Positions 47,193-56,139 of a stretch of DNA of 64,000 nt are shown in pieces. Both the position numbers and the translations under genes were made by a program. Source of the stretch: a virus; IMG/VR virus record IMGVR_UViG_3300015195_000005, positions 7,314 to 71,313 of that record; one strand, given 5' to 3'. Below the pieces are notes generated by a model. That model saw nothing but the letters and a program-made list of their open reading frames with translations, was not told where the DNA came from and did no database searches. The stretch's first letter is position 1. The number at the start of each line of letters is the position of its first letter.

Positions 47193-47339
47193 ATGGACAA
47201 AACGACAATCCTAACCCAAGCAGTAGCTCAACTGCGAGCCGAGCTTGCTAAGACCATCTCTGAGCGGGATGCTGCCTTGCAAGAGGCTTATCTGGTCATG
47301 GCTGATAACGAGCGACTCAGGACTCATACGGCTGCTTGA
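47193..47339 (+). CDS. Small coiled-coil protein
   Basis: MDKTTILTQAVAQLRAELAK... with RBS GGGAG. Confidence 0.5.
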   Translation: MDKTTILTQAVAQLRAELAKTISERDAALQEAYLVMADNERLRTHTAA

Positions 47340-47372
47340 AGTATCCTTGGGTGAAACCTACCTAAAGGATGT

Positions 47373-47765
47373 GTGATGTCTGACCTGCGTGTGAACATGA
47401 GTGAAGCCGATGTTGAGGGACCAGACCTTATCGACCAGCTAAACAAGGCCAACACCCACGTCAAGGCTCTACTGGCTAGCGGAGGGGCAACACAGTCCAG
47501 CAACATTCCCGCTCTGGGGGCACTTACTTCTGCGGCGCCAGCGGCTCTCACATCAGTTCAGAACGCCACCACAGCCGCTGTGGACCTGGCTACCTCCGAG
47601 GCCCTTGCAAACGCTCTCAAGGCCAACTACAACGCTCTCCAGACAGATGTAGTGGCTATCCGTACTGCTCAGGGGCTCATCCAAGCCGATGTGGCTGTCA
47701 TCCGTACCAAGATCAACGCCATCCTGACTGCTCTAACAGGTACAGGCAAGCCCATCTCCAGCTAG
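47373..47765 (+). CDS. Head-fibre-like protein
   Basis: Ala/Thr-rich; ends N.L..D...I..KINAILTAL...G.I, a head-fibre-type coiled coil. Confidence 0.55.
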   Translation: MMSDLRVNMSEADVEGPDLIDQLNKANTHVKALLASGGATQSSNIPALGALTSAAPAALTSVQNATTAAVDLATSEALANALKANYNALQTDVVAIRTAQGLIQADVAVIRTKINAILTALTGTGKPISS

Positions 47766-47771
47766 TCGCAC

Positions 47772-47800
47772 TTGCCAAGTTATGAAAACCCTGGTACATT
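47772..47800 (+). promoter_or_regulatory. Promoter with AAGTTATGAAA element
   Basis: TTGCCA-17-TACATT. Confidence 0.7.
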
Positions 47801-47805
47801 GACTT

Positions 47806-48400
47806 TCAGCAGACCCGGCACCGGAACGGTTGCCTCCGATCAAGCCATATCCTTGTGATCCCTGGTACTTCGGACAACCGTTCCTAGAGTCTTAACTTCT
47901 AGCCAAGACCGGCAAGGGCGAAGAGGGGCATCCCGAGGAGTTGTCGATTCGGACAAATGCCATAGAACAGGCAACTGGGCTCTACCGTCCGATCGCACGG
48001 TAGGTAGAAGGCAAGAGGGGCCGCTTCCACCGAGCGGTCCCTCTTCTGCGTCCGGGGTTATGTCGCTCCGAAGGTAACCAAATGGCCGGTTTCCGAAAGA
48101 AGTACTGGTCAAACAACAAGTGCCCCCGATCCTTGCGGACACATGGGGGCACTTGGTAAATTCACTCCCACCACCACAGCCCACCACAGAGCGAGGAAGA
48201 CAGGAGGTAGCCTTATAGTACCACGGTGACGTAGAGCGCAAGCAAGAAATTGCTTTTTCACGCTCCGCACCCGTCCCGCCACTGGCGATGACCTTGGTAC
48301 AGCCTTGCCTCCGCTGAGACTTTCCAAAGTCTCCGAGGCAAGAGAAAACCCCCAAACATACCAAAGCCCCCGATCTCCAAGGATGGAGTGAGGGCCTTGG
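47806..48400 (+). ncRNA. Candidate large structured RNA / rep leader (~600 nt)
   Basis: No credible + strand ORF; many helices, e.g. 47823-32/47875-84, 47982-88/47997-48003, 48013-25/48033-45, 48117-27/48145-55, 48305-11/48335-41; starts just after a promoter. Confidence 0.5.
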
Positions 48401-48437
48401 TACTTTGATTTTTCCACAACCAATAGGAGATTACCTG

Positions 48438-48779
48438 ATGACAACCCACAAGTCAAGCAGCATCGTTCGGCGTAGCCGACCGGCGTTTACCACCATCCCA
48501 GTAAAACTATTTGAAGCCCTGGAGTGGGGAGACGTAAGTATTGCCGCTCCAACTCTTTATGCACTGTTGGGCACTTATGCCGACAACACAACTCACAATG
48601 CTTATCCAGGGCAAAAACGTCTAGCTGAACAGATGGGGCTAACTGATCGTCACATCCGACGCCTGCTCGCTGAACTGAAGAAGACAGGATGGCTCGAAGT
48701 TCGCCGCAGAAGAAACAAGACCAACATCTACACCTTGCGGGATAAGCCACGGAGACAGTCCGCCAATCCCCGTAACTAG
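48438..48779 (+). CDS. Winged-HTH replication-initiator-like protein (HTH_36-like), short
   Basis: FTTIP...LYALL..YAD.....YPGQKRLAEQMGLTDRHIRRLLAELKKTGWL...N.Y.L; RBS AGGAG. Confidence 0.8.
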   Translation: MTTHKSSSIVRRSRPAFTTIPVKLFEALEWGDVSIAAPTLYALLGTYADNTTHNAYPGQKRLAEQMGLTDRHIRRLLAELKKTGWLEVRRRRNKTNIYTLRDKPRRQSANPRN

Positions 48780-48845
48780 CTAACATTCTGCGATAGTCCA
48801 GCATGAGTTTATCTCTACTGATATACCCGTGTTCACTTCTGGACC

Positions 48846-48945
48846 GGACATGGGTGTCCGGTCGGGATAGGACATGGGTGTCCGGTCCTGGACCGGACAT
48901 GGGTGTCCGCCTAACTAGACTCAGAGTAAACCTAACTAGACTCAG
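48846..48945 (+). repeat. Iteron-like repeats (candidate origin)
   Basis: GGACATGGGTGTCCG at 48846, 48870, 48895 (internally palindromic); CCTAACTAGACTCAG at 48910 and 48931. Confidence 0.85.
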
Positions 48946-49134
48946 GCAAGCAACTAGAGAAACTAAAGTCAAAACCCTAGGGGGAGACGTACTTGCAAAA
49001 CTATACTATACATACTTGTTACCATGTGGGAATCCCTAGATACAAGATCTTGGGGTTTTGGGGTTGTTTCCCTCCTAGAAGGTGTTAATGACATCTATAC
49101 CGAAATATATGTTTATGATTCTACATGAAGGCGG

Positions 49135-49452
49135 ATGCTTGTGACATCGTATAATGCAGGGATGGCAAGAACAGACGTGTTGACCTTGATGGACATAACC
49201 TTCTCCCACTGGGATGACAACCCTTGGTTGAACAAGGCCGCTTGTAGAGATAAGCCCACCGACTTGTGGTTCCCCGAGAAAGGGGACATGGCCCGTGAGG
49301 CTTACGCTATCTGTAGGAGATGCCCTGTCAAGGACGAGTGCCTTGACCATGCCATGCGAATCCCCAAGTTGCGGGGGATCTGGGGCGGTACGACAGAGAA
49401 GGAAAGATCCCGCATGCGGGGGGCCAAAAGAAGATATGCCGAATCCCTCTGA
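49135..49452 (+). CDS. whiB: WhiB-family transcription factor
   Basis: W...AAC......LWFP......A..IC..CPV..EC...A......GIWGG; four Cys. Confidence 0.93.
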   Translation: MLVTSYNAGMARTDVLTLMDITFSHWDDNPWLNKAACRDKPTDLWFPEKGDMAREAYAICRRCPVKDECLDHAMRIPKLRGIWGGTTEKERSRMRGAKRRYAESL

Positions 49453-49582
49453 CCATGCCTGTGACTACCCAGACCTTGAGTACCTGTCCAGACCCCGTAC
49501 AGGCGTCTACAGGATCGTCTGTGGGGTCTGTGGGAGATACTGAAGCCTATCGCTATACCCCTCCAGGGATGCTCCTGACAAG

Positions 49583-49858
49583 ATGGTGGGATTCTGGCGG
49601 TGCTCTGCCCCTATGCCCATGCCAGGCTTTGAGGGCCGTGCAAGGTTCTATCGGCTGGTAGACGATAACCAGCATGAGGAGAACGAGGCTGACATAGCCT
49701 TACGGGAACATAACCGTACTATGAGATTGGCCCGAGAAGCACAGCAACAAGAGAAAGACAACTGGATCGAGTTCCAAGAGTTTCGGAAAGCGGGTGGGTA
49801 CAAGCGATGGGTTCCTACAAGCCCTGTCCCATCGAGGGATGCAAGTGGTGGGGCGTGA
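49583..49858 (+). CDS. Hypothetical protein
   Basis: 91-aa ORF, helical C-terminal half. Confidence 0.5.
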   Translation: MVGFWRCSAPMPMPGFEGRARFYRLVDDNQHEENEADIALREHNRTMRLAREAQQQEKDNWIEFQEFRKAGGYKRWVPTSPVPSRDASGGA

Positions 49859-49964
49859 ACCCTCGTATGCACTTCCAAGCATGTAGAGGGGACGGCAAAC
49901 ATACCGCAGAGTTACGGGACAAGTTGTATCCGCCTAAGTTCACATCCCATAGAAAGGTAGCAGG

Positions 49965-50291
49965 ATGACTGCCAAGATAAAGGGTGTAGGCCCAAATGTG
50001 CCCACACATACGAACAAGTTAGGGGCCGGGCAATCTGATATCCCTTACCGTTTCGATCTAGTGGATGCCAAAGCCATGTTTGCCATGACAGAGGTACTAG
50101 CCCAAGGAGCAGCTAAATATGGCCAAAATAACTGGAGGGGCATACCGATAGAAGATCATCTGAACCATCTCGTCATGCACGCCTATGCTTATCTAGCGGG
50201 AGATAGGACAGACAACCATCTTAGTCATATTTGTTGCAGGGCTATATTTGCACAGGGTGTCGAAGCTCAAGGTGGCCCTACCTCTAGGTGA
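49965..50291 (+). CDS. dATP/dGTP diphosphohydrolase-like protein (DUF5664)
   Basis: RFDLV...VLAQGAAKYG.NNWRG....HL.H....HL.H..C. Confidence 0.8.
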   Translation: MTAKIKGVGPNVPTHTNKLGAGQSDIPYRFDLVDAKAMFAMTEVLAQGAAKYGQNNWRGIPIEDHLNHLVMHAYAYLAGDRTDNHLSHICCRAIFAQGVEAQGGPTSR

Positions 50292-50331
50292 CCACGTATC
50301 ATAGAAGTACATCGCCCACCACAAGGACGCC

Positions 50332-53300
50332 ATGAGCTTAGATGCCCAGATCATCTCCCTAGTAGTACGCAAACCCGAACGCCTGGTACTTTTACAGCAG
50401 CAGGGCGTTACCGCAGATGATCTACAACCCCCTTACGATCGTCTGTGGGGCTACATCCTCCGTATGAAGAGAGATCACGGCTCTGTACCCTCCAGGGCCA
50501 TGATAGAGGCCCGCTACGACTCTGTTCACTGGCCCAGAGTGCTTGAGCGGGACATCCCCCTGATAGTCCACCATCTGAAAGAGCGTACCCGGTTCAATAA
50601 GTTTCTAAACCTCCTGGGTGAGAGTGCTCGCAATTGTGCGGAGCCAGAGGACATGGAGGACACCCTCCAGATGCTCATGGGGGAACTGAATCAGTTACAG
50701 ATGTCCAATGGGCAGCCCAGTTTGGTCAACATCGCCAGTCCTGAGTATCGGGCGCACATAGTTTCGGAAATTACACATCGACGTATGGGTCGGGCACAGG
50801 GCTTACCTACCGGGTTGCCGACTCTTGATGCTGTAACTGGCGGGTTGCAACGTCAACGCATGGTTGTAGTCATTGGTAGAACGGGCACGGGGAAATCATG
50901 GGTTGACCTTCTCTTTGTGGCAGAGGCCATACGATCAGGGGCCAAGGTCATCTTGTATCCCCTTGAGATGTCCCTGGACGAGACAGCCATGCGGCTCTAC
51001 ACCATCTTCTCTCAACGACTGTTTGGCGGCTCTAGAGTGCTCAGGAACTTGGAACTTACCAAGGGCCATGTGTCCAAGCGCAAGTTTCTCCAATTGCTTG
51101 ACGTGCTGGAGAACCAGTTTAACGGCCAACTGCTTATCTCAGATGTCGGGCGACTTAACACTCCCTATACTGTAGAGCGGATAGAGGCTGAAGTAGAGAT
51201 ACACCAGCCGGATATGTTTTGGGTTGACTATCTTACGCTGCTAAAGGCCCCCAACCCAGGAGGCGGTGCAGATGACTACAATACCGTAAGAGCATTGTCT
51301 TCAGGGATCAAAGGGATTGCGACCCGTCATAACTGTTTTGCAGGACCAACACGGTTCCTTACGGCTGATGGAACCAAAAATCTTAGAGAGATGACTAATA
51401 GCTCCGTCAAGGTCTTGGGAGCTACCGGAAGTTGGGTAGACGCCACTGTTGAATCTTTCGGCACTCAAAGGCTGTGGGAAGTAGTGGTCAGGCGCAAAGA
51501 TCACCGGATGAAGTTCCTAACTACCAAGGAACATCGTTGGTTCATCGTTCGACGGTCTAAGGGAGGTTATGCCAAGGTAGAAGTCACTACTGACCAGCTT
51601 GAGCCAGGGAATAAGCTGTCCAACAACTCAGTTAAGAGCAAGGGGTATGACTTATCTTCGTGGGGCGTATCTCGCGGGATAACTTATGGAGATGGATGTG
51701 TACCAAAAGGAAAAAGGTCTGCCCATACCGTATTATGTGGTGACAAGGATGCTCAACTACTCAAATGGTTCCCGCTATCTCCAACCAGGCAACTAATTAC
51801 AGGGCTAGAAGTTGGTTGCCTACCTCGTTACTTCAAGCACCTTCCGTCACTATCAGAAAGTACCTCGTATCTTTACGGATGGCTAGCTGGTTACTTCGCC
51901 GCTGATGGCACAGTCGGCAAGGATGGCACATGCCGTATTGGTTCTGTCGATAAAAAGGATATCCAGCACGTCAAAGACGTTTGTAGCTTGCTGGGCATAG
52001 AGGCTGGGCCAATAGGCGAGATAGTTAATACTTCTCAGTGGGCCGCTTCTCATGTAATGTACACAACGCACCTTGCTCTACGGTCCTTGAGGCGTGACTT
52101 CTTCCTGATAGATGAACACCTACGCAGATGGGAAGAAGCAATGGCTCGTCCCGGTAAAATCTCGCAACACTGGTCTGTCGATAGTGTTCGTTCAACCAAT
52201 AGATATGAAGAAGTGTTCTGTGCTGTAGTGCCCAACGGGCAGGCATTTACCTTGGACGGAAACATCCTTACTGGTAACTGTGTGGGTGGGTGCTCTGCTC
52301 AAGTCAACAGGGAGGCTCTACGGGTACGCTCGTTCCTTCCCCGCTTAGAGCACATAGCCTATGGAGACTGTGTTCGAGGCGATCAGATCATCCAAACTGC
52401 TGATGGCATGGTAAGGCTACAAGATGCTGTAGGCGTACCTATGAAGATTTTTGACGGAACAGGATGGGAAGAAGGCATAATTACTTATGCCGGTATGAAA
52501 CAAGAGTGGGAGATACTTTTTGAAGATGGCTCTCGACTAATAGGTAGTAAAGATCACAAGTTATGGGCACAAACAGGTAGTGAAAACTTTGAATGGAGTA
52601 AGTTCACAGACTTACAACCTGGAGACTATGGGTTGGTAGGCGGGGAGTTTGAATACGGAATAGATACTGTTCCTTATCTCACTCAATATACACCTAAGGG
52701 ATTAGGAAACAAAGATAATCGAGGCAACTTTGTACGGACACGACTTGTGAACTGTCTAACTGTGCCATTGGCTGAGGTTATGGGCTTGTTGGTAGGCGAC
52801 GGCGCTTTGAAACAAAACAATACTTGGAATCTGGCTTTGGATCTCAAAGATCAAGACGTGGCTGACTACTTCTGCCAATCTATCTATAATATATTCGGGT
52901 ATTTACCTAAACTTCGCCCATCTTACAGTAGCGCCAAGTGTCAATATGCTCATGTTAACGCCAAAGGCATCATTCATCAGATGGTGCAGATGGGTATGCA
53001 AAGAGTTTATTCTTGTCAACGATATATTCCTCATACTATTTTACGCTCTACTCCAGAGATGCGATCTGCATTTTTGCGGGGTCTGTTTGAAGCAGATGGA
53101 TCTTTCAACGACAAGTGCATTGATTTGGCTACTACATCTGGACAACTGGCTCAAGAAGTGCAACTGGTATTAAGAACGCTTGGAATTGACAGTACCGCTA
53201 GTTGTAAAGAACGACGTTGGGGTATGCCTCAGTCTGATGGATACCGACGTTCAGATATATGGCGAGTGCGTATTCGTAAAGAGATGTGGCCGTTTTTTGA

Positions 53301-53703
53301 GAATGAAATAGGATTTATCTCTCAGCGTAAGAAAACCCTGTTGGTTCAACGCACCGAGTTTGGCAAACGGCCGCACACTTATTCCAAGCCATTTACACGG
53401 GGGCTGGAACCGATGCGTATAGTTTCTGTAACATCTACTGGCAACATGGCCCCAATGTACGATGTAGTAAAGGCAGCAGCGGGTAGTCATAAGTTTTCAC
53501 TAAACGGCTTTGTTGTTCATAACAGCATCGGTCAGGATGCTGACCAAGTTATCCCGATTAATCGCAGAGGAGATAAACTATACTATGCTTTAGTCAAAAA
53601 TAGGGGTGGCCCAGAAATAGGTAAAGTTACTTGTGACTTTCTGGTCAACTCAGGTATAATTAGAGAGATAGCGGAACAGGAGGACACGGAAGATGACAAC
53701 TAA
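50332..53703 (+). CDS. dnaB: DnaB-like replicative helicase with two inteins
   Basis: Walker A GRTGTGKS, LEMS, VDYL, SAQVNRE, D|SIGQDAD, KNRGG. Confidence 0.93.
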   Translation: MSLDAQIISLVVRKPERLVLLQQQGVTADDLQPPYDRLWGYILRMKRDHGSVPSRAMIEARYDSVHWPRVLERDIPLIVHHLKERTRFNKFLNLLGESARNCAEPEDMEDTLQMLMGELNQLQMSNGQPSLVNIASPEYRAHIVSEITHRRMGRAQGLPTGLPTLDAVTGGLQRQRMVVVIGRTGTGKSWVDLLFVAEAIRSGAKVILYPLEMSLDETAMRLYTIFSQRLFGGSRVLRNLELTKGHVSKRKFLQLLDVLENQFNGQLLISDVGRLNTPYTVERIEAEVEIHQPDMFWVDYLTLLKAPNPGGGADDYNTVRALSSGIKGIATRHNCFAGPTRFLTADGTKNLREMTNSSVKVLGATGSWVDATVESFGTQRLWEVVVRRKDHRMKFLTTKEHRWFIVRRSKGGYAKVEVTTDQLEPGNKLSNNSVKSKGYDLSSWGVSRGITYGDGCVPKGKRSAHTVLCGDKDAQLLKWFPLSPTRQLITGLEVGCLPRYFKHLPSLSESTSYLYGWLAGYFAADGTVGKDGTCRIGSVDKKDIQHVKDVCSLLGIEAGPIGEIVNTSQWAASHVMYTTHLALRSLRRDFFLIDEHLRRWEEAMARPGKISQHWSVDSVRSTNRYEEVFCAVVPNGQAFTLDGNILTGNCVGGCSAQVNREALRVRSFLPRLEHIAYGDCVRGDQIIQTADGMVRLQDAVGVPMKIFDGTGWEEGIITYAGMKQEWEILFEDGSRLIGSKDHKLWAQTGSENFEWSKFTDLQPGDYGLVGGEFEYGIDTVPYLTQYTPKGLGNKDNRGNFVRTRLVNCLTVPLAEVMGLLVGDGALKQNNTWNLALDLKDQDVADYFCQSIYNIFGYLPKLRPSYSSAKCQYAHVNAKGIIHQMVQMGMQRVYSCQRYIPHTILRSTPEMRSAFLRGLFEADGSFNDKCIDLATTSGQLAQEVQLVLRTLGIDSTASCKERRWGMPQSDGYRRSDIWRVRIRKEMWPFFENEIGFISQRKKTLLVQRTEFGKRPHTYSKPFTRGLEPMRIVSVTSTGNMAPMYDVVKAAAGSHKFSLNGFVVHNSIGQDADQVIPINRRGDKLYYALVKNRGGPEIGKVTCDFLVNSGIIREIAEQEDTEDDN
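51334..52278 (+). mobile_element. Intein DnaB-1 (315 aa, Cys1, LAGLIDADG)
   Basis: RHN|CFAGPTRFLT ... TKEHRW ... ILTGN|C; LAGYFAADG. Confidence 0.9.
52369..53523 (+). mobile_element. Intein DnaB-2 (385 aa, Cys1, LAGLIDADG; visibly more AT-rich DNA)
   Basis: YGD|CVRGDQII ... SKDHKL ... VVHN|S; LRGLFEADG. Confidence 0.9.
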
Positions 53704-53854
53704 GGTAGATGTTGTATACGATAACAAAACGGAGTTGTGGAGATACGTGTGCAAAGCTCCCAACTGTAGGGCTACAGCTATCTACGAGACAAGGGAGCAG
53801 GCCAGACACTTTGCGCTGGCCCACGCCAGCATCAAGTGTGCTGAACATGTGTAA
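53693..53854 (+). CDS. Small zinc-binding protein (53 aa)
   Basis: Own translation MTTKVDVVYD...CKAPNC...AH; RBS GGAGGA. Confidence 0.5.
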   Translation: MTTKVDVVYDNKTELWRYVCKAPNCRATAIYETREQARHFALAHASIKCAEHV

Positions 53855-53878
53855 TACGGTCGGGCCGAGGAGGCGACA

Positions 53879-54058
53879 ATGGCTGAGGTCACGGTCAACC
53901 TTGACGATCTGAAAACCGTCATGCAGTGGGCCGAGCCACGGATCATCGAAGAGCGGGGACGGGGGTTCCCACCCGTTCGGGTCATGGAGGCCATCGACCG
54001 AATGGCCGCTCAGATCACCGACGAGTGGGCGACACAGTTGGGCCGTTCCGATGGCTAA
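53879..54058 (+). CDS. Small hypothetical protein (59 aa)
   Basis: RBS GAGGAGG; MAEVTVNLDDLKTVMQW...; higher GC than its flanks. Confidence 0.55.
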   Translation: MAEVTVNLDDLKTVMQWAEPRIIEERGRGFPPVRVMEAIDRMAAQITDEWATQLGRSDG

Positions 54059-54245
54059 CGGCCGACCGCCCTATCCACCCGAAGACCGGGCACGGCAGAT
54101 GGCCGACGACATCTCGGCATTCTTGGAGATGTACCCGCTCATGTGGGTTACCACGGCGGACAAGCTGAGGGATGGCGCTGAGTCGCTGCGCTGGCAGATC
54201 AAGCATGGTTACGTGCGCTCACAGTCAGGCCGGGCTGATGCGTAA
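54051..54245 (+). CDS. Small hypothetical protein
   Basis: Overlaps the previous ORF; same GC-rich patch. Confidence 0.5.
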   Translation: MANGRPPYPPEDRARQMADDISAFLEMYPLMWVTTADKLRDGAESLRWQIKHGYVRSQSGRADA

Positions 54246-54429
54246 GTTAGCGCAAGAGTGGGTCGTTCCTTATGTAGATGAGAACAAGCCTCGAACCTGT
54301 GCCATCCATCAGGGGCCGTCAATAGTGGGTATCGTAGTCCATACCAGACTGGGGACCAGCACCCGATCCAAGAGCCATTTTGTCTGCCTGAGTTGTATCT
54401 GTGCATCTATGAACGACCCTAAACTATGA
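54238..54429 (+). CDS. Small zinc-binding protein
   Basis: CAIH...CLSC; ATGA overlap with primase. Confidence 0.5.
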   Translation: MRKLAQEWVVPYVDENKPRTCAIHQGPSIVGIVVHTRLGTSTRSKSHFVCLSCICASMNDPKL

Positions 54430-55454
54430 CCAATATACGGCCTAAACCTAAAACTGCTGCTGAACTTGGGATCGGAGATGTACGTCAAGTCATAGACGAA
54501 GTATACATATTGGACTACGAGATAAGAAGTGGTGAAGCCCACTTTATCTGTCCCTCACATGATGACAAGAAGCCATCTGCCCACGTCAACCTTGTAACTG
54601 GATATTGGAATTGCTGGAGTTGTCAGGGTGGAGGAGATATCATATCTCTGGGATGTGCGATCCTCAAGAAGAAGCGGCTTGCTGTAGAGGCCGCTCTGAT
54701 CCCCCGAGAGCCTGATGCGATACGTGCGGCCATAGTTAGGACCGTAGAGGCTCGTAGGGCCGTACAGACACCCGACAAAGATACCCAGACCAAAGATAGG
54801 GTCGCAGACCCCGACGAATACGATGTACGCCCTATGGATTATATGTACAATAGGGGATTTACCCAAGATACCCTGGATAAGTACGGGGTTAGGTATGTAC
54901 ACAGAACGTCAGTTAAGACACGTTCCAACAAGGACATGACTATTTATCACTCAGTAGCCGTTCCTATCTATGATGAGAGCGGCGCTAAGTTGCTTAGCTG
55001 GTGCTACAGGAGCACACCGGATAGCGCAGAGCATCAGCCTAGATACTTCTACTTGGCGGGAACCAGTACCGCTGATCTGCTGTTTGGACACCATTTGACC
55101 CACGATAGTCACACGGTGGTAGTTACAGAGGGGCCACTTGACTCCATGTTCGTATCTCAGGCTGGGCACCCTGCTGTAGCCCTGTTTGGAGCCTCAAACA
55201 ATCGTTCCCTGGTCAAAATCGGCAAGCTGGCAGAGTTTCGGAAAGTGGTTATCTTCGGGGATCGCAACGAAGCTGGGATAAATTTCAGTATCTCTACCGG
55301 AAAGTTGCTATCTGACCAGACATCTGTTAGTGTTGCTAGATACAGGCGGACCTGGGTAGGCAACGATCCCAACACGCTGACAGAAGATCAAGTCAGATAC
55401 GCAGTAGAACATGCGATCCCTTACAGAGCTTGGATGATGGAGTCCGAGCACTGA
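54426..55454 (+). CDS. dnaG: DNA primase (CHC2 zinc finger plus TOPRIM)
   Basis: CPSHDDKKPS...WNCWSC, RYFY, VTEGPLD, ALFG, GD.NEAG. Confidence 0.9.
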   Translation: MTNIRPKPKTAAELGIGDVRQVIDEVYILDYEIRSGEAHFICPSHDDKKPSAHVNLVTGYWNCWSCQGGGDIISLGCAILKKKRLAVEAALIPREPDAIRAAIVRTVEARRAVQTPDKDTQTKDRVADPDEYDVRPMDYMYNRGFTQDTLDKYGVRYVHRTSVKTRSNKDMTIYHSVAVPIYDESGAKLLSWCYRSTPDSAEHQPRYFYLAGTSTADLLFGHHLTHDSHTVVVTEGPLDSMFVSQAGHPAVALFGASNNRSLVKIGKLAEFRKVVIFGDRNEAGINFSISTGKLLSDQTSVSVARYRRTWVGNDPNTLTEDQVRYAVEHAIPYRAWMMESEH

Positions 55455-55479
55455 TACCACCACAAGGAACAGCCACCAC

Positions 55480-55932
55480 ATGCACCCATCAATCTTCCTT
55501 GAAGTGCAGGCCGTCTACCAACGCAAGATACATACGGCAGCCTCAAGGGCATACAAACAGTTACCGGGCTTCGCCACAGAGGATGTGGAACAGGAGCTAT
55601 TAGAAGTCCTATGGCACTGTGTAGCTGAATACGATCCCAACAACGGGGCCAAGTTCAATACCTATTTTTGGCAATGTGCCCGCAACAAGATAAGCGATCT
55701 GACTCGCAGGGCGACAACTATCATGCGCCAGTCCGAGAACTTCGTGACCCTGATAGCCTCTGAGGATCTGGACGAAGACACCTTTACCACGATCTGTGAT
55801 AAATACCGCCAAGAGATAAGCGCCGAAGATTGGGCCGATCTCAGGGAAGGTGTGCGTATCGCTGTCAACTGGCTGAACGACGAGGCATGGGGTAAGTTGG
55901 TTGGGGACGAACAGACTTGGCAGGTTGGTTAA
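55480..55932 (+). CDS. Sigma-factor-like protein (region 2 only)
   Basis: EDVEQE....LW.....YDP..G.KF.TY......N.I.D matches sigma70 region 2; no region-4 HTH is apparent. Confidence 0.75.
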   Translation: MHPSIFLEVQAVYQRKIHTAASRAYKQLPGFATEDVEQELLEVLWHCVAEYDPNNGAKFNTYFWQCARNKISDLTRRATTIMRQSENFVTLIASEDLDEDTFTTICDKYRQEISAEDWADLREGVRIAVNWLNDEAWGKLVGDEQTWQVG

Positions 55933-55950
55933 CTTACGTATCATAGATAC

Positions 55951-56139
55951 ATGGCCGAAGATAAAGATAATAGGGCAGTTGTAGTGATGGAAGATGCTGA
56001 CATGGCCGAGTTAGCCAGTCTGGATGTTCACAGGGCGCAGAAGTTCCTGCAACTATTGACCACCCACCCGTTTATCTGTACGATCTTTGCCTCAGACGAC
56101 AGAGACAAGATCGTTAAAATCTACACTAAGGGAAAATGA
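55951..56139 (+). CDS. Small hypothetical protein
   Basis: 62 aa; ATGA overlap with the next gene. Confidence 0.55.
   Translation: MAEDKDNRAVVVMEDADMAELASLDVHRAQKFLQLLTTHPFICTIFASDDRDKIVKIYTKGK

Noticed and set aside
48730-48800. Words resembling group I intron P/Q/S elements (TTGCGGGATAA, CAATCCCCGT, GATAGTCC)
   Set aside because: There is no R element or proper P7 G-binding pair, no P3/P8, and the spacing is far too short; most of it lies in the Rep coding sequence.
48846-48945. CRISPR-like repeat array
   Set aside because: The repeats are 15 bp with 6-10-bp gaps and no cas genes are present; this fits iterons.
49965-50291. 2-aminoadenine (Z) genome
   Set aside because: No PurZ or DatZ is in the window, and the polymerase is DnaE rather than DpoZ; DUF5664 alone is insufficient.
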